The position numbers were made by a program, and so were the translations under genes. A stretch of DNA of 50,663 nt, the filler included, from Basidioascus undulatus (taxonomy: Eukaryota): assembly GCA_000826855.1 (NCBI GenBank). It is 3 parts of 3 records of this genome, joined end to end, with 100 filler letters (N's around TTAATTAATTAA, not from the genome) between each part and the next. Parts side by side here need not be neighbours in the genome. Positions count along the whole stretch, not along the records: positions 16,940 to 33,761 come from JTLS01000563.1; positions 33,862 to 50,663 come from JTLS01000564.1; 1 more part is not named here. One strand, given 5' to 3'. The notes beneath the pieces are model-generated. The model was not told where the DNA came from, searched no databases, and worked only from the letters and a program-made list of their open reading frames with translations. Of this stretch, positions 22,838-34,834 are shown piece after piece. The first letter of the stretch is position 1; every line of letters begins with the position of its first letter.

Positions 22838-25048
22838 TTGAGATCGTCACACGATACGGCACGGCTAGATGACGCAATGAAGCAGACAGCCAATGAGTGT
22901 GCTTCGTGTTGTTTTGTCTCTCAAGGGTACTTTCGTGCGGTGAAAAATGCTTTGAGAAAACCCAACAGCGTAAAAAGAAAGACATATACCATGAAACGCG
23001 CCGGTCATCATGGTCGCTAGACTGTCGAAGTTGAGGCAGGTTGATGAGCGAATCGCAGCCTCTCAAATGAGGACGATGGCAGTGTTGTGCACGATTTGCT
23101 TCGACGCACAGGGCCCAGGGTTTACACAGTTTTGAGGAAAGCCAACTGGATTGCTCATTGTACAGCATGCTAGACAGCCCTGGTGCTCACGGCCAGTGAG
23201 ATTTTCACAAAGCAGCGATGCTTTCAGTGAGGTACGTAAGCCCTCCATTCCCCCTGTTGCAAAGAATCTCCTCTTATAGAGCCCTTCTGATGTTGCTTCC
23301 CGTCCTGGAGGAGTGGTTTGTTATTGTGGACCGACGCAGTTGTCCATGTTGGGTGGTAAGTTAGCAAGTTGCTGTGTTCGCGTGGGCAGCCCAGTATGAC
23401 TTTGGACCTTGACGTCCTCTTCAGGAAAACTACAGGGTACATTAGAGTTTGAAAAAGCTACATTTTGCGGTTTTGTGCTGCATTCTCGCTCTATGCTCGC
23501 CTAAAGAGACACCAACGGACACCGTCGTAGGGTCCACGGTGACCGCGACACCACAGCAACGCCGGCTGGCAGGAAATAACTCATGTCGTGAAATGCAACT
23601 CTACAATACCAGCACGTTTCGACAAGGAGCTTGTTGCCCCAACAAGTCCACTACGAACAGCACACCGAAAGCGGACGCAGCGCCCATGCGTGAAGCCAAG
23701 TAATGCCTCATACGGCATATCTTGTTTTCTGAGGCTCCAGTTAATAGAATGGATAAACATAAAATAACCCTAGCTCAGACTTGAATGAAGCATACTACAT
23801 TCAACCCTCAGCAGGGCCGCCTTGAACGGAGCCGGCATAGATTCAGCAGGAAGAGCAGCCTACAAACAGGACGCAGACCTGCTGGAGCCGAGTACCGAGT
23901 GAATTCCTCTCATGCTGGGATTGATGTTCATTTGAAAGCTTGAGTAGGCCATAAGTGGTACAGCGTAGACGATAACTTTTGTGTGTGGGGAAGGCATTCA
24001 GTCTTCAGAGCTCATAATGTGCACCCTGGCGGACTTGCGCCCCTGTCGTTTTCCTTTGGGCTCCAAAAAAGGGATTAGGAAATACAAGAATGTTCAAAGT
24101 CCGGTTAACCTTATTCACGTGTCCCGGTCCCGAGGGACTGTCGTTGCACACTTGCGAAACGGAGTCCTTCCAATCCTCCGTTGGGACGGGAAGTATGAGT
24201 GGCAGTCCCCCAATTTCCAACGGTACGCAGGATGTATACAAGAGTGCGGTATTAAAGTTCTGCTGATTGGCTGCTAACCAACCTCTTCAGTCTGCGTAAC
24301 CGCTTTCAGAGTCCTTGAGCTCTCAGGCTCGTAGTGGTTCTGACCGACTGCGCTGTCATTTCTTTGGATGTAGGGGCAATCTGTAGCTATCTATTGTTTG
24401 ATTCCTGTTCTGCCAGAGTAACCCAACCCAGTCATCTTTATGTGGACAACTGGCTTTGCCCGGACGGCTGCTGCAAGCTGCGTTGGTCGGCTCATGCACT
24501 TTCTACAGTGCCTGCGAAGACGCAGACATGCCAACGGCTCTCGCCTTCCACATCCAGATGGTTGCTGCCAGCTGCATATTCTGCTGTATCCCTGATGATA
24601 ACTTTCTAAAATGTAAGAAAAATACAGTACCTGAACGTCAATTTGCGCGACAGGTGTCAAATGTTTGATCGTCATTCGACTGACGTGAGCCAGCCGAGGG
24701 GCTCCGCTCCGAGCGAGCGCAAATGCTGCTCCGCGTCCTTGCTCCGACTATCACAAGCAGTGTCGCTTGGCTCGGCGTCGGCAGCGTTTCTTCTCTTTCT
24801 CGCACCCTCCCTTCTCCTCCTCCTCGCCGTTGATCCTCTTGCCTTCCCCATCGCGCCCGATGCCGACGCGAGTACTCTGAGCCGCGAACCCGAACCCCGC
24901 CCTCAGCCCGCCCAGCTCCACTACCCTCCTTCGCCCCTTCGCCCCTGCACGCGTCGGTGCCTCTCCTCCTCGACTTTGAGTGCGGTCTCCGCGCATACGG
25001 AACCGGTCTCGACATCTTCCTCGTACCGGAAGGAAGACTGGGACGACG

Positions 25049-27516
25049 ATGGCGTTCAACTTCACCTGGCCCGAGTTTTCGCCGGGCTTTCTCGCCGATG
25101 CGCGGCAGATGCTCGACAACGCGCTCAACAAGGGCAACACCCCGCCCATCATCGCCGACCGCATTCAGGTGGAGGAGCTTAACATGGGCACTATCGTGCG
25201 TCTCATATTTCTTTGCATGGTGGGGAGACTTTGGCTGGAAGAGTGGCGCTGACGGCTGCGGCAATTGCGCAGCCTCCGGAGCTCGAGATTCTGGAGATCG
25301 GGGAGCTCTCGACTGACCGCTTCAGGGGTATCTTCCGCCTCAATTATGCGGGCGATGCGCATATCGTGGTAAAGACCAAGGTCCAGGTACGTTTATGCGT
25401 GTCCATGTCCATCTCCCGCATCTCACCGGAACGTGTCCCCCAGGCGAACCCCCTCACGCACAAGCGCGCCTCGCCCGGTCTTCTCGGCGGGCGCTCCATC
25501 CTTGCCGCGCACCAGCCGCTAGTCGTGCCGATGCACCTCCGCCTCTCCGCCCTCCGCCTGCGCGCGATCGTCGTGCTCGTCGTGTCCAAGCAGAAGGGCA
25601 TCACGCTCGTGTTCAAGAACGACCCACTCGAGAACCTCGACGTCAGCAGCACGTTCGACTCGATCGCCGTCATCCAGAAGTTCATCCAGCAAGAGATCGA
25701 GGGCCAGCTGCGCGAAATGTTCCGCGAGGACCTCCCTGGGATCATCCACCGCCTCAGCCAGCGCTGGTTGAGCGGCAAGGTCGAGGCCGCGGGGAACGGC
25801 GCGGTCGAGACCAAGACGCCGTATCGGGACCCGCCGCCTACGCCTGCGAGCGAGCTCAACGCGTACGAGACCATGTCCGCCATGCCCGACCTCGAGTCGT
25901 ACGACCCGCTCTACGGCCTGCAACGCCCCGCACCTCGAGCCATCGCCTCCCCTCATCATCTCCACCCGCGCCTGCGCACCGTCTCCTCGAGCCGCTCGCT
26001 TGGCCGCTCTCCCCAAGGCGTTGCCGCCCCCCAATCTGTCTATTCTACCACCCCCTCACATTCCTCCGCCTTTCCCGATATCGAGCACTACGATCCCACC
26101 TACGGTCTCCGGCCCGAGACGATCCCGACGTACTCGGGCTTCAGCGGCTTCGGTCGCCTGTGGGAGAGCAGTCGTGGGCTGGCGGAGCTTAGCCGCATGG
26201 CCGAGGAGGAGAGCACGTCGGGCGCGAATGCGCTGCACGACGAGGACGACATCGACCTGGACGACGAGGACCGCGAGTTCCTCGCCCACGGCGATGAGGA
26301 CGAGTTCACCACGGGTCAGCTGGACGAGTCGTTCGGGTCAGGCTTGAGCTTCAACGGCGCGCCGCCGCGGCCGCCGTCCGAGAGCCCGTCCATGCTCGAC
26401 TACGAGACGATCCCCGCCGTCGGCGGAGGCACCGTCACGCGCCCGCGCATCTGGCATTCGCAGTCCCTCATCCGGCCACCATCGGGGAGCGGCAGCAACC
26501 CTGCGATATCGTCCGCTACCTCCGTCGCGCCGACACTCGACTCCGGGCGAACAGCGACGCCCACGCTCCTCTCCGCCGCGTCAACCCTGCGTCAGATGAG
26601 CCGCGCGCAGAGCGTGCCTGCCGTCCAGCGCGCATACCTCTCCATGTCCCGCTCATCCTCCGTCGCCCCCACACCCACATTCTCGCGCATGCCGATCTCC
26701 CACTCCAACCCCGTCTTCGGCCTCCCCTCTCAACATGTCCTCTCTCCACCGTCCGAGTACCCCTTCCCCAACATGCCCACCCCCGCCGGCTCGCGTGGCT
26801 CTCCGCCTCCCCCGCGCACGCGCTCGAGAACGCAAGAGTCCATCCCCACCTCCTCGTCCACGCGCTCGCAGTCGCGCGCCAACAGCCTCGCGACGACGCG
26901 GAGCGGCGGCGGCGGCGGGTTCGATTCGTCGACCGCGCCGACGTCCGTCTCCGGCCACTCGCCCACGCGCGGGAAGCCCTTCCCCTCCACCTCCCACCCC
27001 CCCTACTCCGTCTCGCCCCGCTCCTCCTCCTCCCCCCCGCGCGCGCGCACGCTCTCCGCGCACCACCCCTCCGCCGCGGCGGGGCCGATCACGCTCACCG
27101 CGCACCTGAACGACAACGTCTCGCAGCTCGCGACGCTAAGCCACTCAAACCACACGCTCTCCCCGTTCACGCGCTCCGTCGAGCACTTCACCGTCCGCTC
27201 GTTCCCGCACGTTGTCATGCACCGTGCCGGGACGGGCATGACGAGCCACACGGCGGCGTCGACGCCCGGCACCGGCGAGCGCAAGGCCGTAAGGAAGCGG
27301 ACGTACCGCGTCGGCGGGGGCGGGAAGGGCAAGGGCAAGGGCGACGCAGCGCCGGGTGCGGTGGAGTCCGCGCCGGCGACGTTGCCGGCGACGCCCATGT
27401 CGTCCCCGGAGCTGGACCAGCCCGCCTCAATGCAGCGGACGCTCCTCCGGGCGCCGTTTCAGCGCACGCGGCGATGGGCGCGGGAGGCATCGATGCTTGC
27501 TCGACCGGTCGCTTGA
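25049..27516 (+). CDS. MDM34: ERMES complex subunit Mdm34 (SMP domain plus long Ser/Pro-rich tail)
   Basis: MAFNFTWPEFS...ALNKGNTPPIIADRIQVEELNMGTI|PPELEILEIGELSTDRFRGIFRLNYAGDAHIVVKTKVQ|ANPL...VVSKQKGITLVFKNDPLENLDVSSTFDSI...LREMFREDLPGIIHRLS. Confidence 0.95.
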
Positions 27517-28251
27517 GGACGATCGATGGATTCCCTCCCCTCCTTTTTTATTCTTCGTCCCCCGCTATCCTAATGAGGCCACTTCCAGTACTGCGCTTCC
27601 CTTCCTTCCACCTGCCCGCCCTCCTTCGACAATTTACTCCTTTCGCGTTGTTCTCGCAACCACTGCCGCTCCACTTCGCCTCCCAGCAATCAGTCATTCG
27701 CACGCTCGCGCTGTTGATCACGTTGTCTTCGCATGATACCCTATCTTCACTTTCCGTAGTTTTGTGCTGCCTTCTTCACGCATTCATGACACTTGATGAT
27801 TTGAACCGCACTCGTGAGCGAGCCCGCAAACTTCAAAGCATCCCTAGTGCCGTTCCCTGCGCCGACCTGCATCTTTGCGTGCCTCGTTGCCAACTGCTCG
27901 CAAGCTGATATCCAACCAGGCACCAATCTGCACCGGATCAAGCAGTCGTATCCAATTTCATCGTGCGTTGGCGGAATGTTCTGGAAATGATCGTCACTCG
28001 CGGGTGGGGTTCTATGACGAAGGTCGCTTCTTCCTTGGTTCTTCACACCCCTGGGTTCAACCGTCAGAGATTGACATTCTTCCACTCTCCTCCTCTGACC
28101 AGCACACGAAATGATCTCTGAAGTGGTATATGATTGTGCCCGCGGTGTCCGCAAGTCGGCAGGATCTAGGGGTCGTTGACAACATGCATGCGGGGGTAGA
28201 AGGTGCGAAAGCGAAGTAAAGAATAGGCCCGGGAATAGGAAATAAGGGAAA

Positions 28252-29379
28252 TCAGAGCTTCTGCATGGCAGCACTGTAGCAGGGCAAGCCGGCGTCAGCA
28301 GGTTGTCGACGGATTAATGAAAGCGGAACGGCACGCACATGTCAGAAGACTGGACGTGGTCCTCGTCCTCAGCGATGCGGTCCTGGAGGTCGTCCAGGGA
28401 AACCTTCTCGTCCTCAATGACGAGGGTGATCTGGAGCTTGTTGACACCGTAGCCGACGGGGACGAGCTTGGAGAGACCCCAGACGAGACCGTCCTGCTCG
28501 ATGGCGCGGAGGTTCTTCTCACTGCGATGAAAACACTAAGCACGATGAGCCGCTTATCCGACACAGAAAGAAAAGATAACGGGACGCACAGCTCGGCCAT
28601 GTCGGTGGTGTCGTCCCACGGCTTAACCTCGAGGGTAACGACCGACTTGGCGGCAACCTTCGCCTTGCCAGCCTTCTTCTCGTTGTACGCCGCAACACGC
28701 TCCGCCTTGATACGCTCCGCCTCCGCGTCGTCCTCCTCATCGTCCGAACCGAAGAGGTCAATGTCCTCGTCGTCAGCGGCAGCCGCGGCAGCTGGGGCGG
28801 CGGCGGGAGCAGCGGAGGAGGCAGAGGGAGCAGCGCCGAAAAGCTTGGCGGCGAAGGCGCCACCGCCGAGGGTGTCGTGCTCAGCGGAGAAGGTCTGGAT
28901 GTGCGAGTACCAGCGGGCGGTGTGGGGGAACTCCGAGGCGGAGGGGGCGGCGGCGAGGCTCTTGAAGACGACGACGTCAGACTGGGAAGGGGTGAACCTG
29001 TGCAATAAGCGCCATGGGTGTTGTCAGCTACTGCAGCTTGCAAAAAGGGCAAGTTGTGACCGGGCGTGAAGGTCATGAGTGGGCGATGCGCAGTAGTATC
29101 AGAGGGCTTGGAATTTTGTTGTCTTCAATGCAAAGTGCGGGGTCTTACGCCGCGACTCGGAAACACGGACCAAAGCATAACTCATCATCTACACGCTGGA
29201 CCAACCAACTCCCTTAAGGAGTTGGCCGTCCAGCCGAGCGCTGCCACTGCCGCCCAGTACTCCCACTCATCTCTTCTCCCGCGGTCTTCCCGCTCCAAAA
29301 TGGACCTGCGCACTCACCCGTCGACGTAAGAGCGGGTGGCGAGGTGGGACTCGAGCTCCTGGGCGCTGGGGAAAGACAT
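28252..29379 (-). CDS. EFB1: Translation elongation factor 1-beta
   Basis: [76 protein letters not shown], ending AAMQKL-stop. Confidence 0.97.
29093..29192 (-). ncRNA. snR18: Box C/D snoRNA U18/snR18, intronic in EF-1beta
   Basis: Minus strand: GTAG-ATGATGA (C box, 29188-29182), guide TTTGGTCCGTGTTT, CCGA (D' box, 29160-29157), CTGA (D box, 29102-29099), closing CTAC complementary to the 5' GTAG; guide is antisense to the conserved LSU rRNA segment AAACACGGACCAAG. Confidence 0.92.
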
Positions 29380-32300
29380 GGCGGCGGTCTGCGTGGGAAG
29401 GGGAAAAATAGGGGAGAGAAGGGGAGGGAATGGGGTGGATGGGGGAAGGAGAAGAGCACACTTTCGAAAAAAGCGGGCCAAGTGCCAGCGCGCGTTCAGG
29501 GCCGGTCCTTTTGGCCAGCAGCGCCAAAAAGAAGACCCTCACTGACCTATTCAACTCCGGATCTTGAAACAAACGTTGACCTAAGAAGTCGAACGAAACC
29601 TTTTACATAAATTTGTGACTAAGAAGGTGGCATCAGCGCTCTTTATCGCAGTCTTGTCCTCAACCGCTGGCCTACGACCGGTGCTTGCAAGAACGGGATG
29701 TCGACGGAATGGCGTTTGATCAGGAGTGCATGAAGTTTCTGTATGAGTTGGGTTTCATAATATAATCTTATACAACACTGGGCAAGATATAACTGTCAAG
29801 AGTCTGAGGTACACGGAATGGGGCAATGCATGCTGGACAGTCCGTGGAACGCTCGAACGTTCATTGCCCAGACGACGAGCCGTGGGTGAGGTTTGATAGT
29901 GAAGGCGTTATTTTTCACTCTTTGTTGTGACAAAAAGTATGAAAAGCTGCACTGGGTGGGCGGGGTTCGTGCGCTTGACGGGTGTTAAGGGCGAGGTACC
30001 AACTGCACCGCGCTGCCACAGGAAATGGAGTGCTCTGAGCGGCTGTCTCTGCTTTTGTTTCTCTAAAGGCGCATACGAAGACGATAGGCTTTCTATCTGC
30101 CTTCTGTGTCTCGAGGTTTTCGACTGTTCGGAAGAGCGGATCGCCCCGCATCTCGGAGGTGCACCGCACCGTGCGGGCACTGTCATTAGGACAACTGGCC
30201 CTTACTCATCCCGGAATTTGTCCATCGATGAGCGGAGTGTGCTGAGTCGTACTCTCACAAAGGTACCTTGGTGCAGACGGTGCAGGCACCGCATGTGCCG
30301 GAGCCGTTGCGAGACCGCAGGGCGCAGAAAGCGGTTTCCCTTGCACCACTCTTTGCATGTCGCTTCGTACCAACGTCCCTCTTTCATGAATATCGGCACC
30401 ACCGTTCATCTAATCCTTGAAAATATCGATTCTCCGCTTGCAAGACATTTTTGGCCGGACGAGACAAAGCAAAATCAACCGCTTTTGGAAGTCTCGCGGG
30501 GAACCTCCCACTCACCTTCACCTTCTCTCCAATGCCCTGCCCGGTTTTGCCCCGTGTATAAAGAAAATGAAAATGCGGGACTGGCCCTGCTCGGACATAA
30601 CCCTATCAGCAAACCTCCCCTATCGTGACCGACTTTGACAGTACAAGGCGCTCGGCCATCCTCGTCCCCTGACCGGTCTTGGATGTAGCCTAGCTCAATA
30701 TCGACAGAACCCACGAAATCCTCAACCCAATGGCCCAACAAGCGGGTACGGGGGGGTTAGGTGAGGAAGTGGGCATGCCACGCAGCGAGGACAGTGCGTC
30801 GTGTGGAAGAGATGCATTGAGGACTTCCGTTCATGAAGGGGTCCCAAACCCCGACCACCTTTAGGAGTAAAGGCCACGACGCCCACGCCCCTGTTCGACG
30901 TCCCCCGTCCCCCTTGGCTTCCACCGTCCACCGGAGCCCGAAGTATGGAAAGGTAGGAAGGCAGGCAATGGGAAGTAAGCTGGAGAGGCTTACATGTGGG
31001 CAGTGTCGAGCCGGTGAAAGAGGGGATTGGTGGGGCTCACGCAGCTGGGAGCTAGCCAGGAAAGTGATGGTCAGTGGTAGAGGTCAGCGGCGAAGGTGCG
31101 AGGCGACTGACGGTGAAAGGCGACGACGACCAGTGCGGTCGCAGACTGTGACGCTTGGAACTTCGACTTTGAACGGGTGTTACTGGCTCCGAGTCATCAG
31201 AATATTGCATTCGGTACAAACTAGCGGTATCTGAGAAGTCCGAATGCTGGCCGGTCGTACCGGCCTGGCATGTAGGGAAAGTGGGCAGACAAGCGTGAGG
31301 ACCGGGCGAGCGTGTTCAACTGTCCTACGGCTTTGGGTTCTTGCCCTCTGCATGTCCTATCAAGGAAGCAGCTTATGTCCGTCCTAAGTCCCGGTCCGTA
31401 GCATCATCTCCATCCAGACCCGTATCCGTGCTATCCAGATCCTTTAGCTGTGCGCTGTGCACTGTATCCCCATTCCAGCCTAATACATTGTGTTCGCGCC
31501 GCGTGTTTCCTCTGTGCGCTATTTTATAGTCCATGCTTGTTTCACGTAATAATACTATGGTTTGGGAGATGAAGCGTTCAAAAGGAGGCAGTGGGCATCC
31601 TGCTTATGGCTCAGAGGCATCCTGCTTACGAACAGAGGTGCGTGCCCTGTGCGGCAAGGAAGGTATGGGGGTTTGAACGTTGAAATCCGAAGAAAGAGTC
31701 AGCTTAGGCTTTCCAGCGTAATGTACGACCCACCGAACGCCAAAGTTCACGCTACAGTAAAAGCAACTGGTGAGCGGGGCTGGTCGATGGGGATGCGGCC
31801 AGAAGACGACACGACTGCATCGCGAAAGCAAGACACGCGGAATATAGCGCAGTAGCGGAAGGAGAACAGCAGCACGTCGGATAGTGGCGTGTAGGATGAT
31901 CTTGCCTGGTCGGTCAGCGATATGAGGTTGAGAGGGTGGTAATGGGACGCTTGAATACTGCTTCAAGTGCAACGAGTGAGAGATCTCAGGCTGCCTTCCT
32001 GAGAGGCGAAATGTGCTTGGGCCTTCGAGCGAAGCCTATGTCTCACTTTTTGATGGAGACTCTCCATGCGCATTCTTGTTTTCAGTTGCCACAGCCAGCG
32101 CTGTATTGCCTGTACTTTCCATTGTGCAGCTTGCATCGCTCGCACACTCCTCCTCCTGCTCTATGTTGCATTTATCTCGGTGCCAAGACTGTAAAACAGG
32201 CACCCAACCCAGAAACAGTCTCGACCCGCCCACTTCGGGCTGACATCGACGGCAGCAAATCCGTGGCGGTGGATGCTTCGACCGTCAACAATTGTCCGCC

Positions 32301-33761
32301 CCTTGCCCAATTGCTCAACGATCGGGCACGACAGGCTGTGGAATGCCATTCAATTGCCACATTCAAATGATGTCTCTTCGTTCTCACTTCATCAGTCCGG
32401 GCCGCCATTCTTCTATTGTCCCGCCTCAATTTCGCACTGCGGTCGACTACGCCCGAAAACGAAACCCCAGGCAGATCCACGGGTCGACTCCGCTCCGATG
32501 AGCCTGTCACCGTTTCCTTCGCTTATCGCGCCGGCATTTTGGGTGTCTCGCCGCCGCCCGCGTAACCTCCTTTTCAGCGAGCGCAACACAACAACCGCGG
32601 TCTTGAATAGCTTGACTTGGCAGAGCGGCGCCAGAATAAGCGAGAAGACAAAGGGGTGATTCATAAGAGGGGCAAGAGTGTTACCGTCCGCGCAGGTGCC
32701 TCCGTGGATCGGCGATGTTGAAGGAGCTTGAGTGAGCGGTGAGCGAGCTGGCATACGTCTTCAGTGAGTGCGCACCTCTCCAGCGACAGTACTGTTAGAC
32801 CGCCTTCGCGACTAGTCTGTAAAAAACGGCATTGATCTGGATGAAAGTTTACGCTTGTGACTGCCACGTTTGCCACACATGCGCAAGGCCGCTGCGAAAC
32901 ACGAGCTCGACCTATTTTGCCTCAAATGAAGATTGGTCCCAGGTGGGATTTACAAGGCACAAGATCCTCGAAAGTGGAGTAAGTTACTGGACATTGAAAG
33001 GGGCATGGACAAGCGGATCGCAAGCGCGCGATGCCAGCGCAAGAAGACGGAAGATCTTTCTGCATCGCCACTCACTCTTGAAGGGAGCAGTCATCCAGCG
33101 TCCAAAGCTGGGTTCCAGAGGTTCTGCGGTGCACCCGTGACTTGTTCTGAAGGGGTAGAAAGAGAACTGAACCATCCTTACCTAACCAGTGGCGCTGGAC
33201 ACTGGACCGTTGCGAAAGCGCGAAAGCAATGCCCTGTTCGCTCGAGGCGCCACGTGGTTGTGACAGCCTGCCATGGTTGCCTGGAGTCCCGATCTCCCCT
33301 TCTCTCGCTCGTCTGGACTCGATCTTGCTTTTCCTCGATCTGCGCGCCCGCGATGCTGCTCGCGACCGCTCTTGCCCCCATACCGTCACCAGCACCAGCA
33401 CCGGCATTCTCTCCTAGCACACACCCCTGCTATATCTCTCACTGCACACCCCAACCCCGCGGCCGTTCCCCCCAGCGAGCACGCACTCTCCACCGGCGAC
33501 GAGCAGCACTCCACAGGCCCATCGTCACTCCCCCTTCACCTTCCCTCGTCCTTCACCTCCTCCTCCTCCTCCTCCTCCTGCAGTGGGAACGGAGGATGAG
33601 TGCCAACGCCACACCCAAGCCCGAGCACCAACGCAGACAGTGTGGACAGTGTGGATCTGTTGCTGGGCCAAGCCGCAAGGTCGTCGACGACCGGCTGCCC
33701 CCGCTGCCCTCCGCGAGCACGACCCGCCCCACGCCCTCCCCCCCCTCCCACGACCTCTGGG

Positions 33762-33861
33762 NNNNNNNNNNNNNNNNNNNNNNNNNNNNNNNNNNNNNNN
33801 NNNNNTTAATTAATTAANNNNNNNNNNNNNNNNNNNNNNNNNNNNNNNNNNNNNNNNNNNN
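33762..33861. other. Artificial contig-joining linker (44 N + TTAATTAATTAA + 44 N)
   Basis: Identical to 16840-16939. Confidence 0.97.
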
Positions 33862-34339
33862 CGGCGTTGACCGGAAGGGTGTGAGTGCGTGGATGGGGAG
33901 CGGGGGAGAGTGGAGAGGCTGACTGGGAGGAGGGGGTCAGGCTCCAGACGGGGTTGGGCACGCTGTCGGGGTTGGGATATGTACGTCTTCGCCCCTCCCC
34001 GTCGCTTTAACGCCGGACGCTGACATGTCGTCCATTCTCTTTCTTGCCATGACGGATCGAACAGGGGTAAGCCATCCTTCCCTTCCCTTCCCTTCCCCTC
34101 TCCATCCCATCCCGTCCCCTTCTTCTCTCCCTCCCTGCCTATCCATCCGAGACTGACAGCGCGGTCGCCCCGGAAGCCTCCCCCTCGCCCGCCTCTACGC
34201 GTCCTACTTCCCTGGCGGGGTGCTCGAGCTCGTGAGCGTGTACACGCACGGGTGCGATGTATTCATCAGGCTGCCGGATCTGGGGCACACTGGTGTTGGA
34301 GGGGCGGGGGTGGGTGTGGGGAAGGAGGGTGTGATCTGA
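33862..34339 (+). CDS. 3' end of mitochondrial PDK/BCKDK-family protein kinase (5'-truncated)
   Basis: Exons 33941-33980, 34065-34066 and 34177-34339 splice to LQTGLGTLSGLGY-G-LPLARLYASYFPGGVLELVSVYTHGCDVFIRLP, the G2-box and C-terminal signature of this family; not in the ORF track. Confidence 0.85.
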
Positions 34340-34834
34340 GGGAGTGAGATGGAGAGGGGAGGAAGGGGTGTCGAGGCTGGGCCGGTGGATGGGGCGCGGG
34401 GGGAGAGCGGGAGTGGACAGAGATGGATGAGGTAGGGGAGTTTGAGTGGGTAGTGGGTTGCGTGGGTGGAGTGGGCCGCGTTGACGCTGTTGAAGTGAGG
34501 GTTTGTTTGATATGTGGGAGAGAGGGAGGTGGAGGAGTATGTTTACTTGCAATGTTACTGTAACGCGATTATCGAGAGGAAGGTGCGCTGCAGTGGAGAA
34601 GGGAAATGAAATGGTCCTGGCGCTACAGGATACGGCTAGGATAAAGTCGGACAGCGGTGAGCTGTACGTGCATCGAATACTTTTGTGAGGCATGGACAAT
34701 ATGCCAAGCTGGCTGTGCCGAGTTGCAGAGGAGGTTGCTCTCCGCGTTGCGCGTCGTTTCGAGCGCGGGTCGCGAGGGTCGCGCAGTCGTTGTTTTATTT
34801 CCTGCCGTCATCTGCCTTCCTCCTCGATTTCTCG

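Noticed and set aside
23000..24650. Lower-GC stretch with short ORFs, possible transposon relic or small gene
   Set aside because: No transposase, RT or integrase motifs, terminal repeats or coherent exon chain seen
29614..29621. TGTGACTA upstream of EF-1beta resembling the Homol-D box TGTGACTG
   Set aside because: One mismatch in an 8-mer, single copy; unsupported without conservation data
30597..30606. TAACCCTA-like words here and near 23765 as telomerase template or telomere seed
   Set aside because: Single partial matches with no tandem repeats or supporting structure; expected by chance
31211..31280. TPP-riboswitch-like words (CTGAGA, hairpin, GTAGGGAA)
   Set aside because: The hairpin at 31244-31271 is real, but the conserved CUGAU/UUGAU and UAAU loop elements are absent and no thiamine gene is adjacent; a cmsearch with the Rfam TPP model would settle it
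29927..33500. ORFs of 233 aa (29927-30628) and 294 aa (from 32933)
   Set aside because: Non-ATG starts, no recognisable motifs and none of the GC3-rich codon usage of the real genes
33556..33761. (CCT)n tract, CAG and GC-rich sequence at the segment end, possibly an exon of a truncated gene
   Set aside because: Too short to fix a frame or product
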